Positions 42,936 to 58,100 of a stretch of DNA of 64,000 nucleotides are shown here, in pieces. The stretch lies in NCBI GenBank assembly GCA_905331295.1, contig CAJNYD010000459.1, positions 186,001-250,000 of the forward strand, read 5' to 3'. The first letter of the stretch is position 1. Every line of letters starts with the position of its first letter. The stretch is from Rotaria socialis. Lineage: Eukaryota. Position numbers and translations under genes: made by a program. The notes under the pieces were generated by a model that was not told the DNA's origin, did not search any database, and saw only the letters and a program-made list of their open reading frames with translations.

Positions 42936-45900
42936 AGTGAGTGCGTATTTTATGCGAGCAAAGTAAAAGGGTGGTATCTTTGCTATCTGCTTAAAATTTC
43001 GTTGATATAAAGAATACAAACTCGCTCTATTCCTATTTTTTTTGTCATCTTAATTCGATAAAAGTACATCTAAATTTATTTTTTTGTTATCTCTTTTATT
43101 ATTGTAGAACTCCTGTAGACTTTATAGAGAACGAGTCAAAGAATTTCCACGTTTAAGAGAAAATCATTTGACACAATTAAATTTTTTTTCATTTATTTTC
43201 AACAAAAACTGATTTTATTATTGCAAACAACAATAGAAAGGTATTTGTTATTGAATAACTGAATTTGATGCATTGACTAGTTGATGTAACGACAGAAATT
43301 TGTAAGAACTTAAACATAAATAGAAATGCTTGTTGTGTTATCGGCGCTGAAGCAAAAAAAATATTCTTAGATAACAGACAATTCACAAGAATTTTAGGGT
43401 TATCTCAGTTCTAAATCGTCCATTATTATTTTCTGCATTGTTAAATGCAATTTCAAAATTCATCTACTTAATAATAATCATTTGTTGATGGTAATCTGTT
43501 CGCTACTTGAATAGATGTCAAGATCAATCGAATGTTTTCTATCAAATATACAAGCGTGCGTGTGCAGGGAGAATTAATAATGGTTCGATGTGCCCTAAAG
43601 CAGATGATGACCTACAGCAGTCTTGATTTGAACCTGCTGTAAATTTTCACAAAGAAAAACAACAAGAAAACTTTCGTTAATTGAAAACTTTGCTGCATCA
43701 CAAATTTCAATCGGATAGTCGTTAGAAAAAAACAGCTATAAGAAAATAGTCTGGCTAAAAATCCTGGCATTTAGAATGAAAATCGATAAATGCACAAAAT
43801 AAAAATTCATGATAAAAATAAGTTATGATATTTGATATAGGCCCAATGAAATCGATGCATTTTATTCGACAGTGTCAACTTTATCAGTCGAATGTTTTTG
43901 TAAGGCAAGGCGCATTTCAATGTGTCGGATATCCTTTGCATTCATATATAAATGAGTAATAGTCTTCTCACACAACACAAAAATTATTTTCGCCATCTAA
44001 AAAACTAAATCCATATAACAAGTAAGTGTATATCCGCAAAAATAAATACATATCGTTGATACTATGAATAAAACGATACGCTGTATTTGTCGGTGCTTGA
44101 CTTATATTTTGCGTTCTTTATTTTGATTGAAATAAAAGTAAAAGAAACATTTCAAATTATATTTTTACAAATAGTTTTCATCTTACGAAAAGTTTTATTT
44201 CATTCAAAGAAAAACAATTGAAGAATGTTTTCTTTTTGAAATGATGTATTATTATTATTATTATTATTGAATTCATAGAATTTAAAATAAATTCAGAGCG
44301 ATTTCATTTTCTATTTAAATAACGCACAAAAAATACCGAAGATTCATATTAGTACTTTTAACTGAAGTATTTTGTTGCTCTAATCGGATGCTTTGAGAAT
44401 CTTCTATAAGCCATTCAATTTTGTTCATAAAGGATCTAATTTTACTTACGGTCAAATAAATCCATTGACAATGTTTTCAATTAATGCATTACCAAATCGA
44501 TCATCGAACATGCAACCGGTTTGTTTTCAAAACAACACTTCAGCTTTTGTTATGAATAACAGTTTGAAAGAAAAAATCGCCTGATTATTATATTCACTAT
44601 TCCTCTTGTTAAACAATACGTATTGCATCAATGAATGTATAATAAAAAAAAAACATTTTATTCTAAGGGTACAGATGAAAGGAACGAAACAACATTTGAA
44701 ACAATTATATACGTATATGATGAATGTAATTTACAATTCGAAATGAGTAATTTTTAATACGTTCGTATTTTTTTTCCTCAAAAGCCTTCCGGACTCTGTC
44801 AGTGTCTGTATTCTATTCATACTTAGCTCTGAGCTATTCAGAAAAATCATACAGTAAAATAATCCAAATAGATTGTACAAAAGTAATCATATGAAATTAC
44901 ATCATAAAAATATGTTGCTTCACATTTAATGAACTGTAAAGTACTAACGAAAGACTTGAATTTCGAAAAGTATTTTTGAAAGAGTTTCATTCATCGATGT
45001 TAAATTGGAAAGCATATAGCTACCAGCAATCTACCTGTTTTGATGATTATGAAGAGAGAAAGAATTTTATTTTACATTGGATACATAAGGGCAAAACAAT
45101 ATTTTGCTACTCTCAGGTAAATTTCTTTTTCTTTACTAAATCGAATTATTTGCAGTAGTCAACAGGTATTCATTCGTCGTAATCCTTCGAGCTCGAATAT
45201 ATGCATTTATTTCAGTCTCAAGAATATTTACTGTGACATATAAGTAAACTATATATATATAAATATCTGATCACATCTATACATAATCGTTGAATATACA
45301 TGTGGTCTCCTGTTGATTGTTTCGTATTATCTTGACAAGAGGACATGCTGAAAGAAGGCTATGAATTAGAATAAAAATTGATGATAATTACACGCTCATT
45401 TACAATAAAATGTATTTTTTTTTCACTATTCGCTTTTCGTCGTTCTTTATAAAGTTGCGAGAACGAAATCAATCGATCTGAGTTCAAATTGCATATATAT
45501 CCGTATATGTATATATTCATTTAGTTGAAAAAAGAGAAGATAGAAGAACGGTAAGGCGTATGTGTATTTACAAATGTTAATCCAAAGTGTGTGCAGAAAA
45601 CGGATTGATATCACTTAAAAAAAGAAATTCATGTAGAAGACAAAGAAGTGCATGGTTCGCTACGGCAGAAAACATCGACGAAACGGTGAGTACCTGTAAT
45701 CATTTGACGCCCCTTGTCGTATAGCAGAATTTTGATGGCATTTAATAATAATAAAACGTATTTCATAACTTTTAATGTATTATTCCCTAGAAAGTACATA
45801 GTAATGCGCTGTTTTCAAACATAATAATACATTAAAATACACAAAATAATTTTCATGATCATGTAATTGCACCATTATTACCATAGGGGCTGCATCGATT

Positions 45901-46876
45901 GAGAAGGACAGAAAAAACACTGTGTTTTGTTTTTATTGATATTTTATAAACTAAAACCCTCAGTCAGCGACGAATTATTTTGCAATAGACAAACAAATAT
46001 TGACGTATATTAAAGGTCTCATTCATAATCATTTATCTCTTTTTAAACCATCATTCGTTTTGTTTATATTCACCAGATGTTCTATATAATTGTGCATAGC
46101 TAACCATTTATTACTACGACTATCAGAACAGTCGGAAACAATATGCGTGTACTTGTATATGAGTATTGATAGGGCTTTCTTTCTTTGTTCTGCTTGTCTA
46201 TTACTCTTTGGTACATATGCGATATGTACGCAAAAAAGAATGATTCTATTCTTCCGATGGCACAGCTATAAACAGCCGTATACATGCAGCTTAGGCAAAC
46301 AGAATAATCAAATACGTTTTTTTTTCTCTTCGTGTTCGTTTTTTTCTCAGCTCTCACGTATACCTTTTAGCGCTGCTTTCAATAACTTTGAAAGGATGTA
46401 AAGATGTAAAGAAGAGGACGAAAACGACAGCATGCATAAAATGAAGCTTCTGTATTGAAAAGATGGCTGAGAACGTTTAGAAGGTGAGACGATCGAACTT
46501 TTTTCTTTTTTTTAAGAAAATCATCACTATGAGAGTACACATCAGTACATTATTTCATTTTAAAATATGTATGTACATGAAGTGAGAAATGTTTAATAGA
46601 AACATCTAATTCTTTGGCAACGTTAACTGCTTTGAATGCTTACGGTAATGGTATTTACATTAAAAAGAAATGTATATTTACTTAAAACATTTTTTTCCCG
46701 TAATCTTGAATGAATTTAAAATTTTTTTATTTATGCTGCTGTTTTTTCTTCTAGTTCAATCCAACAATAATCGTCGTACATCATTAATAACAAAGAATAA
46801 TAGTATTCGTTGCTTTCCTTGTTGTTTAACGATTCATTCAAAACTGACTCAACTAATTAGTTATATATGTTCAACT

Positions 46877-49800
46877 ATGTCCCTTTTGTTCCATCGGACA
46901 CGTCTCAAGTCTCGCTATATATTATCCATATTGGTCGGACTGTCACTTGGTTTTGCATTGAGTTTAGCATGTCTGCCAATAATGAGCGTCTGTGACAATC
47001 CTCTCTCGCTTTTTTCTGAACCATTTTCATCGTCATTCAATAGTCATTTTGGCAATGAAACACTGTCGTTTAGTGATAGATTCGATCCATTTCGAATATT
47101 AAGTCGAGAACCACGTTCAGTTGTCGATGTAACACTCGTTGATTATGGTAGTAAAGATTATGAACCACAAATACATCCACCAAGATTAGAACTGAACTCG
47201 AATAATAAATCTTTCTCAACATCTACGCAATCGTCAAATACATCTAAAGTGACTCGACCGCGTTATATTGCTGATGAATTAGGTATACGTGAAAAAGTTC
47301 TTGTTGCTGTACTAACTGAACCACATCGTTTAAATACATTTGCATTTTTTATCAATCAAACATTACAAGATTATGTAAATCGTTTATTATTTTTTATTGA
47401 TGAAGATGTACAAGATTTTCCTCGAAGTATGCAAGTTATTGCAGTACACGATAAACGAGCTTATTTAAAACCATTTTATGTATTAAAATATCTTGCTGAA
47501 AAGATGATTAAATTATACGATTGGTTTGTACTCTTGCCGGATAACACCTATATACGAGGTTTTAAGGTAATTTCAATAGAAAAGAAGTTTTATAAAAATA
47601 ATTATTCGTGTTTTATTATATTTCAGTTGAATGAATTTTTGAATCATATCAGTATTAGTCAAGATCTCTATATGGGACAAGCATTTGATGATGTACATGC
47701 TGTTTATTGCTATTTTGGATCTGGTATCATTCTATCTGGAGTATGTATTTCAAAATTGAAATTATAGAAGGTCAATATTTTCTCGATTCGAAAATGAGCA
47801 ATCCATTTTTGCATAGACGGAAATTGAGCATGACCAATCACATTCGATTTCGGATCGAATCGAGATTTGTCGATAATAAGCTGATCATATATCGTTGCTG
47901 AGTTATATGACACAGTAAAAAAATGTAATGTTGTCTTCTTTTTCTTTTTGTCTATTGTAACTAATCTCACCAAAACACAAAGAAGCCGTTCGATCGTGTC
48001 TATTCGAAAGATGATATGTTTTTCACACAGAATATATATGAGACAGCACATGCTACTTGCATGTTATTCTCTGTAAATTTAACTTGTATTTGTTTTTACT
48101 AAACAAGACACTAATAGGAATTGTTTGTCTTTCAAGAAAAATAATCGACTAAATATATTTCTAGACTGTACTTCGGAAAATACTTGACGAGATTGATTGG
48201 TGTACAAATAATGCTTATTCGCAAGATCTAACCGACAACATTGGACGATGTGTTTTAAAAGCAGCTAAACTACCTTGTACAAACACAGCCAGTGTAAGCT
48301 TCAAGTTTCTTTTGTTTAACTTAAATTTCAAATAAACCTTTTATAGAATTATAAATATAATGCTTATGTTAATTATCGATTTGAATTCGATGCTGATATC
48401 GATCGATTATCTAAAAGTGAAGATTTCAATCAAACATTAACAGTTCATCCAATCAACGATCTTGAAACGATGCTTAAACTTCAAAAGTAGAATTAAATTT
48501 TGCTAGGGTATTTGTTTTTTCTAATCAACAAAATTTATTTCGTAAGATATTTCAATCAAGTTGAACTTGATGAGATGACGACAAGTATAGCAACATATGA
48601 AGAAAATATCGAAGAACTATCATGTTTTGCACCTGAAGGTTGTGGAAATATTCCATGGCCAGTTGGTGTACCACCACCTTTTAAACCACCAACAAGATTT
48701 GATGTTCTTCGTTGGGATTATTTTAATGAAACTCATATTTATTTAAAAACAGATAATGATGTGATCAGTCCGATGAATGGTTTGTTTTATTTTCTTTGAA
48801 TTCAAAAAGTCAAACTAAACTCGATTATGCTAACTTTCGTTTTCTTGTTCAAGGTGATGATTATGAAGATGTCCATGAAGTTATCGATCATGCTTTGGCA
48901 CAATTACAAAAAACATATAGCGTTTCGTACGAGTGATTACAGCTGTGTTCTTCTAATTGTTGAATACAATTTTTCTCTTTATAAAATAGATTGAATTTGA
49001 AAAAGTTACTAAATGGTTATCGCCAATTCGATCCAACACGAGGGACACATTACATTATGGATCTCTTACTTGTTGATCAAGATCAAGTTGAATATACGAA
49101 ACGGGTAGAGTTGATGCGACCATTAGGTAGGCTAAGTATACTTTTTATTATTCATTCTCTTTTACGGTATGCACTGGCAGTAGACTTTGAAATAAAGAAA
49201 ATTAAGTATTTTGTGTTCAATGTATGATCTACACTAATTAAATTGTACCGAGTATTCTAACTGAATAGACAACAAAGATGTTGAAAAGATTATTCTACAA
49301 TCATCGCTTTGGAAAATTCTAGATATACGTGTTCAAAGTGTATGCATGATGTCAGAGTTGATATATTTGAGAGAGAATAAAACAATCTATAAGTATTCTA
49401 CATGAGGTATTTCATACAATTTATTAATTGAATCTATTCTCTGACTGGAAAACAGACTTGTAAAATATTTAAAATTGAATTCAATAGAACTAATTTATTT
49501 CTATTTGAATAGAATTTTCAATCACTGTGTTAGTTACGTAAAGAAAAAGATCAGAAATATCCATATATGATTCTGAGAACAATAAATAGTTCGACGGCTC
49601 CTTGCGCAGAAAAGCAATCGTTTTCAAGAAAATATTGTAATTTCTTTTCTATCAGAACGGAAACTAAAGACTTACTATATCATTTTTAACTTGAGAAATT
49701 TGCGTGCTTCTACTACACGATATGATTATTCTGATTTCATGTTATTTCAAATGACACAATCAGTGTGTAAGAATGAATTTTAAAAAATCGGTGAAAATGT

Positions 49801-51271
49801 TGAGTGCGTAAAATGACTGCCTTCAAGTTCAATACACCACGAGTACCTTACTTCGTTAAAGAATTAAGTTATATGGATTCTCCAAGAAGTCAAACATTAT
49901 CTATGATGGAGTTAAAATTTGATCTAAAATAGCATTTTCTTTTATCGGAAAGGTTTCTCATTCAAGCGACTGATTCGTAAACACTGTTATTCAAATCATC
50001 AACTTAATAGTTCGTATTACACGTGAACCCTATGACAACCACAACAGAGCAGCTCCGATTACACATGTTAAAAGTCTATTGAAATAGAATCGATATTGAT
50101 GAATAATGCTTTTAGTTATAACTGAATTGACAAAGAAAAAAAGAGTTCTTGAGAAAAAATTAATCTATCAACAGTTGTTCCAAGCAGAATTACTCGTTCG
50201 ATATCCTACTGAAAATTAAAACAAAAATAAATACTACGATCACTATTTTTTTTTTTGAAATAATTAAAAAATAACATGAAGAATGTAAATCACGAAGCGA
50301 GAAGTCAAACGATTGATTAAATCATTTTGTTATTCTTTATTAAAATAAAATTTCAATTAAATATTTTCTTTTTAGGTCTTGTTGAAACTATACCAATGCC
50401 ATTTGTTACTGAAACAACTAAAATCTATCTTATTTTGCCTATCTATACAGATGAACAATCAGTTGCACTGCGTTTTCTTCGTCATGCTAATAAATCCTTG
50501 TTTGATAAAGAAACTCGTGATAAATTTGAATTACATCTTGCTCATATTGTTACAACAAAACATGAATTATCGCAAACACAAAAATGGTTTGATACTCTTC
50601 GGCATGAAGTTGATGTGTTACGTCGTACGAGAACCCAATTAGCAGTAACATATCATACTATAATTTTACCCTTATCAACAACAACACGTTATACGCAAGC
50701 AGCATACATATTGGATTTTTTTGCAACAAAATTTGAAACAAATTCCTTAATATTTATAACCAATCCATATGTCGATATTGAAGCAGACTTTTTAAATCGT
50801 TGTCGTTTAAATGTTATTGAAAATGTGCAAGCATTTTTTCCTATTGCTTTCTATCAATATCATCCGCATATTATTGTACGTACATATCACATGACAGACA
50901 ATTCTACAATTGATTTACATAAGTCTCATGGTTGGTTTAATTCCTATGCGTTTGATCATATTGGAATGTATATGAGCGATTATTTAAATTTGAAAAAGCT
51001 ATTATTATCAAATAATATATCATTGTCATCGATGACTCTTTATGATCTATTTGTACAAGTAACTGATATAAGTATTTTGCGTGCACCTGATCAAGCATTA
51101 CGTGTTCATTATCATCCAATAAAATGTGATTCAATAAAACGATCATATACACTTGAATATAGTCGATGTATAATGCAACGTGAAAAGGGTTTAGCATCAC
51201 GAAGTCAATTGGCTATGATTATTATTGAAAATGAACCAACGAAAAAGATCATAGCAAAGAAAAATACATAA
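46877..51271 (+). CDS. CHPF: Chondroitin polymerizing factor / chondroitin sulfate synthase 2
   Basis: Type II TM 'LVGLSLGFALSL', 'RPRYIADELGIREKVLVAVLT', 'YDWFVLLPDNTY', 'WPVGVPPPFKPPTRFDVLRWDYF', 'LLNGYRQFDPTRGTHYIMDL', 'DFLNRCRLNVI..QAFFPIAF', 'GLASRSQLA'. Confidence 0.93.
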
Positions 51272-53551
51272 TAAAAATGTTTTTCAGTCGTTTTATTGTG
51301 TTCAAGTGTTTTCTTTTTCTAAGCATTTTGTATCGTAATGAGAATTATTATTTTTTGCTGTTTATTAAATATCAAAATCAATGTGAACGAGTTTATTTTA
51401 CTAATTTAAGTTTTAAACATATACTCTATACGATAGTTGAGCAATAAAAACAACAATTTTATCGTTTTAATCTTAATTAATGATAATCAATTTCATATGT
51501 AGATGACTATAGTTTTGAAAATTTCACCCGAAAGGACATGCGTCTTTCTTAACATATTTCATTACTACGAAAAAAGTTATACCTTACGATTCGAGGGCGA
51601 AAGAGGACAGAAAAGGCGTGGTTCCAATAATGTAAAATGCAAGTCAAATCCATATAAATTACGGATGAAGAACAATAATATGAAGGCATAAGCGAAAGTT
51701 AATGCTTCAACGTACTGCATTGATATTCAAATTTTGAAGTATAAAAAATTCTTTAGGTTTTGCTTTCAAATGCAATTATATAAAATGAACTAGTGTTGAT
51801 ACATTCGTGACTCACGTTGATATTCAACTTTAATTACTTAAAAAGTTACCTTTTGATGTTGTTTTTCGTATGGAATACGAAACTCAACATACTACAAACT
51901 ACTGAAATCACGCTAAACGAATAAGATATGAATGGATTAAAACATGGATGTAGATGAGCATTCCCTTTTTGGATACATCAACACCCTCAAATAATTTCTG
52001 TACAAACTAAATCAATTGATTTTCTTGTACTAGTGATAGGATAGCTGCACGAAATTTTTTAATGAATAAAAGCCGTGTTGACAGTTATTTCATAACACTA
52101 AAAATAGTAGCTTCATGAAAAATGAATAAACATTCCTAAAGATTCTAAAATGTACTGAATTCGAGCATAAAAGTTTAACACTTGACAATATTTATTTTTG
52201 CTGAAAATAAATCATGACTAAATACGAGTAGAACAGACTGAGTCTCTAAATAGACACAAAATTATGAATTTACTTATCGAAGATATGTCGTTCTGAATGC
52301 TCAAGAAATTAGACGTAATGCATGCAGTTAGAATGATTATTTTTATGAATTCAAAAATTTGCACACTCATCTATCACTGATACCAATAAGCAATGCCGTC
52401 GATTTCTAATTGTAGCCCATGTTTCTCAACTATCCATAAAATAACAGTGAAAGAATCAATGAACATAGTTACGGCAAATTAGTACTGATTACATCCAAAG
52501 CAACGGTTCTAAGGTCAAACTCTAATACATGCGATTCGAGTCGAACATGATCAGATGTAGACAGTTATAGGATTCCTAGTCTCAGTTTGTTACCAAAACT
52601 TTATTGTAGTATTTCGACCAAGAGTAGCACGTCTTTGCAGCACTTGATGAACATGATACTCGCTTTGAATTGTTCGATTATCGTCGTTATGTTATAGTAG
52701 TAAATTATGATTTTATTCATGTTATTATGAACGCGATCAGAAATAGGCTATTGCAAACTATGGAATATCGCTACAAATGACTATTAATGCTAATGAAGCG
52801 CAAATGACGAAAACATGCATACAAAAACAAACAAACATGAAAGAATGAGAAAAAAAGTTTCATACACGAAAAGTACCGACAAAGAAAAGGCTCGCAGAGT
52901 ATTCGACGTGCTCACTGGATCACATTTTCACTTTTCTTATCGAAGACAAAACAAAAAATAAAGCAAGTTGATTCAGAAAACTAGAAATCAATGAAGTATA
53001 GATAAAGTCCACCCCAACAGTTAATCAGTAATCACCTAATCATGACTCGTTTAAAAGAAAAAAAAGAAGAGTAGTTCAATATTTTTGCTATGATAAAGGA
53101 TACGAAAAATTGTCCTATAAAGAAGAAACAATTCAATAGAAGCATATTTATTCTTTCCTTATCGACGAATTTCATATACTATTTAGAAGCTTTCTTTTTA
53201 TCAGATTTTTCTTCTACCACCAATCAAAAATAACTTTGTATAAATGAATTTGCAAAGTTTCAATTGCAATAACACAAGTATAGATGTAATTATAAAAAAA
53301 AATTGTTATCTACTATATGGATATAACTAAAATAACGTATCTCGAAAAACAAACAGAACAACATAATAACATGTTACTACGAAAAAAAAATATTCATACC
53401 TCTTTCGTTTCTGGAAAAGCTGCGACAAAAAGTCAAAGAGAAAAAACGGCTAATGCGAAATTTGTTAAACAAAAGTAAAAGGTACTGTAAAATTATGTTT
53501 TTTCTTCTTTAGCTTATATAAACAGCGAGCACATATGATATTGCTGTAATT

Positions 53552-54969
53552 TTAAAGAATCGGTTGATGTTTCGTATGATTTTGGAATAGACGTGTATCG
53601 TTAGGTGCTTGACGAGCGTAAGATTTTGCTTTAGAATCCCAAAATTCTGCATTTTTTTTCAATTCATTCATATTATCAAGTACTAATTGATCAGGAGTAC
53701 CATATGTTGGTACATCGGATTGCGTATCGTAGCCTAGTCTTTTGAGCATCGGTGCTAATGTATCTATTTCACTTTTGACATCACTGGGAATGTGACCAAT
53801 CCATCTTGTTAATGCGTCCAAATTAATCGGTTTAATAACTTGATCAGATGAATGTTCAGTTCTATGATAAACAACTAAAATTTCAGCTCTTATTTTCTCT
53901 TCATTTAAACTTACTTTGATAAAGATATTTTCTTTCCAATAAGTTCTTCGTGATGCAATACGCTATCAACCCAAGTTAAGTTTAAAAATTTCAAAATATT
54001 TTCGATAACGTTTTTCGGTTGTAAAACTAATTGTTCATAATAAACAGGTAAACATTTATCTTTACCAACTTGTGTGCACTGATCCATCATTGCTTCCATA
54101 CCTTTATTCCATACTTTTAAATTTTGTCTATAATCCAATAAACTAAAGCCAGTTATTGTAACTTTTCGTGTCATTACAGAATGTATGACAGCGCGTGCAT
54201 CACGTACTAGCAGAATAAATTTTGCATTAGAAAATATAGATGATATGTATGTTGCATATTTGAGTACAAAGGGATCTTTGTCGCAAAGAACATCAGCATA
54301 TTGATTATGATTAAGAAGAATTTCATAAATAAATGCTCGTACAGCTGAATCAATCATTGCTTCGCTTATACCACCAGCCATAAGTCTAGTAAAATAAATA
54401 GTAAATATATTTTTATTTATCAAATTCGGCATATCATCAGATGAAGCAAAGCAAACGATAGGATAATAATTATATCTCATAAAAGATTATAACTATCTAA
54501 CTATGCGAGTGAAAACAATTTGATTCAAAACATGATAAATCAACAAGTTTAATAATTTCTAAAAACGTTTTTTTCTATCAAATTAATTAACTTACCTACT
54601 CCATTCTAGATTAGATTTTTCCCATGCTACTCTCATATTCAATATTCTTGGTATAACTCTTGTTTCTTCACCACAACGAACAAGTGGATGTGAATCAAGA
54701 ATAGCACGCATCAATGTTGTACCACTACGTGGCATTCCACCAATAAATATGACCGGTCTTTCTAATGATGAGTTGTGATTTATATTGTTTTGTTTTCTAA
54801 ATGAATTCTGTCCTAGTAAACATTCTTGCGGAATATTTGATAAACGATATGCAAGAAGAATAACAATTATTATAGTAACAAGGAGTATAGTTATAAAAAA
54901 CCACCGACTACGTATAGTACGGTGATTTATATTGAATAATATACGACGACACATTAAATACAATGGCAT
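53552..54969 (-). CDS. TPST: Tyrosylprotein sulfotransferase, 3 coding exons
   Basis: '[37 protein letters not shown]', 'LCDKDPF', '[14 protein letters not shown]', 'YEQLVLQP', '[16 protein letters not shown]', '[10 protein letters not shown]'. Confidence 0.95.
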
Positions 54970-55108
54970 CGCCACTTCTATTGAATATTCATATCTAGAA
55001 CTGAAGAGCAAAGATGCTAATTAACAGCCAATTTTTGTCTTGATTTTTATTCCACAGAAACAAAGAAAAAAAGAATTTTCGAAGTAAATGAATACAAAAA
55101 TGTTCATA

Positions 55109-58100
55109 TTAATCAACAAGTCGTGATAATAATGTTTGTCGACGACGGCTCCTATTAAAAAATAAAAACGTCGAACTAATCAAATACTAAATAAAAACCA
55201 ATGACATACGAGCACGCTAAATCTAATTCAGCATCAATTAATAAGGGAAAACCAATGTATAAACGCCATATTTGTTGAGCAAGTAATGTAAAATGTTGTG
55301 ATAAATCAACATTGGAACTTCCGATTGGTGTTACCGACGCATTGATAATATCAGACAACAGCGATCGTTCCAATATCTAGAATAATAATAAAAAATAATG
55401 GATTATTCGATGATCTGTAAAATTCATATTGCATCTACATGAAATATAATGATTGTTCTATGCAACTCTATCAAGCAAATATTTTACTATTTTGCTATTA
55501 GTATTAATAATACTAATATATGTATATATATATATTTTTTTTTTTTGTTTTATTATTCATTGATTTATTAGTATTTATTTACATTTACAATTTTTTTATT
55601 ATTTTACAAACGTTTCGAAGGCGTCAGCTTTCTGCGTCAGTGTGTTTAAAACAGAACAAATAGAATAATGATGCGACAAGTGTGTGATGCTATATGTTTT
55701 TTCTTTTTCCTCTTCTTCTTATGATACTGGTACGGAAGAAGATACAATATAACCTATCTCGTCCAGTTTACCGTCTTGTTCATTCTTCCGTACCAGTATC
55801 ATAAGAAGAAGAAGAAAAAGAAAAAAAATATAGCATCACACACTCGTCGCATCATTATTCTATTTGTTCTGTTTTAAACACACTGACGCAGAAAGCTGAC
55901 GCCTTCGAAACGTTTGTAAAATAATAAAAAAATTGTAAATGTAAATAAATACTAATAAATCAATAAATAATAAAACAAAATATAATTTTTAAATTATTGT
56001 GGAAGAGTAGCAAAAACGAAACAAAATTATAGTGACCTTCCAATTAACCACAAAACAATATATATATATATATTATTCGAAGGAAGTCATTACTTATTAT
56101 TGACATATTTACGACTAATAGTTGAGTTTTTACTTGATCGAATGATAATTAGAGCTAGATCTAATAATTTACATAAGTGATTCTTGTTCTCAAACAAATC
56201 TTCGTAACTAAAAAAGAACTCTGTTATTCGGCATGTTCCTTCTATGTTGTGTGTTCACATCACGGTACTATTAGTTAAATAATGATTGTGAAAAAGTCAA
56301 TCGCGCAGCCATTTGACTCAAATCATCCAACAGATATCATGTAGGCAACGTTTTACCATACATGTGTTTTTAAGGTTAAGGATTATGTACTAAGAAACAC
56401 AAGTCATTGAATGGGAGAAACCAATACGTAACTCATCACATCGCAAGATAGAATTATTCTCGCTTATTAATGACTACATATCTTTCATCTGTCCTATTTT
56501 TATTAAGGTTCTATAGATTATGAAAAAAAATTTCTATCGATAATTCTTACTTTAATATTTTCACTATTAGCTCTTGTTCGTTCATTTGTCTTATTGCCAT
56601 TGATTGGTAATAAAAGTTTTAATAAGACGATTGATCTTGCTTGAGGATAATTTGCCGGCATAAAAATATGAGCATATAATGTTATTTTATTATTATCATC
56701 TGTGGATAACGATTGAAATTTACATTCGTATATTGATGTTGTTATACGATCAATTAAATTTTCATTAATTAGTGTTTGTATTTGTTGATATTTATTAACA
56801 TCGTCGAAAGATATTTCGCGCCATGAACGTAATATGGTCGTATTAGTTATTGAACGACGTAATGATGAATTAAGAATACTTGTTGTTTCGTTACCTTCAG
56901 CTAGTAATGGCATTTCATGTTTTTCTAAATTAACAAGTATTCGATCAAGTGCAATGCGTGCACGCATACGTTGTGTTAAGCGCTTGATTATTTCTGAACA
57001 GTCCGTTACAAGTTCTTGACGTTGTAATGGGACCATTTGACATTTGCATAATTGCTGAACCCAATGATATGGATAACCACCAATTGCATCAGAAAATATT
57101 GGTGCTGATTTTCTGGAAGAAGGAAATGATTAAATATATAATTTAGTTGTTTGCTGTTATGTCATCGCTTTCTTCTTACCCTAGTTGTTGAAAAAGAAAA
57201 TCAGCTGTTGGATTAGGTGATAATTGACCATTATCATTATCATCAAGTAAATTATGTAAAAATGTTGATATTAACGTTTGACTAAAATATTTTAGCGAAA
57301 TTTTCTATGATATATTTTAAATCATTAGTTTTTCTTTACTATACCTTTGTTGGGCTTTGAGACCTGATAATTTTCCTTGAACAGTAACTATATTTAATTG
57401 AGATAAATATGAAAATGTCAATTCTCCTGTATGATCAGCTAAAATAAAAATTAAAAAAACATGTTAGCTAACAGAGTATCAATTGATAAAAAATTACGAG
57501 AAATTATTAATGTAACTTTCACATGTAATGGATGTGGACGTAATAAAAATTGATATTGTTGATCACTATTTGTATTTATACCATCCGAATTAGTATCATT
57601 AGTTGTTGATGAATCCTCTTTTGAATCGATTTGACATGTTATATGACGACCTATGAGTAGAATGATACTTTATTCTTGGAAATTTTTATTCTCGAAGAAA
57701 CTTTCATGAAACAGAACAATAGTTTGCAAATAGTATAGAAAATTTTTATTGCACTTCAACAAAATTATAATTATATGAATTGCAAAGATATGTGTAATTA
57801 CTAAATGTATAAAAATGGACGCCGTGGAAAAAGCACATTGAAACATCAGAGGAAAAGAATATCGATAAAACTGAAACTTTGTTTTCCTATAGAAAGCTGT
57901 TCACACTTAATTTGAATCTAACGATTATCTATTTTTTTTTCTCTAGCAAATTGTTAAGATTAACTAAGAAAAATTCAACAGGATTTAAACAGTTCAAAAA
58001 ATAGCGTATAAACTTTGATGAAAAATACAAATAGTTGAGAAACTACGAAATAGTGGATTATTGCTTATGACGCTTTCAGAAACTGGAAAAATTCCCTTCG

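Noticed and set aside
43611..43642. Small hairpin TACAGCAG-N13-CTGCTGTA
   Set aside because: An 8-bp stem alone is not enough to call an ncRNA or element.
46877..54969. CHPF and TPST adjacency as a Golgi glycan/sulfation gene cluster
   Set aside because: They are convergent, ~2.3 kb apart and act in different pathways; chance adjacency is sufficient.
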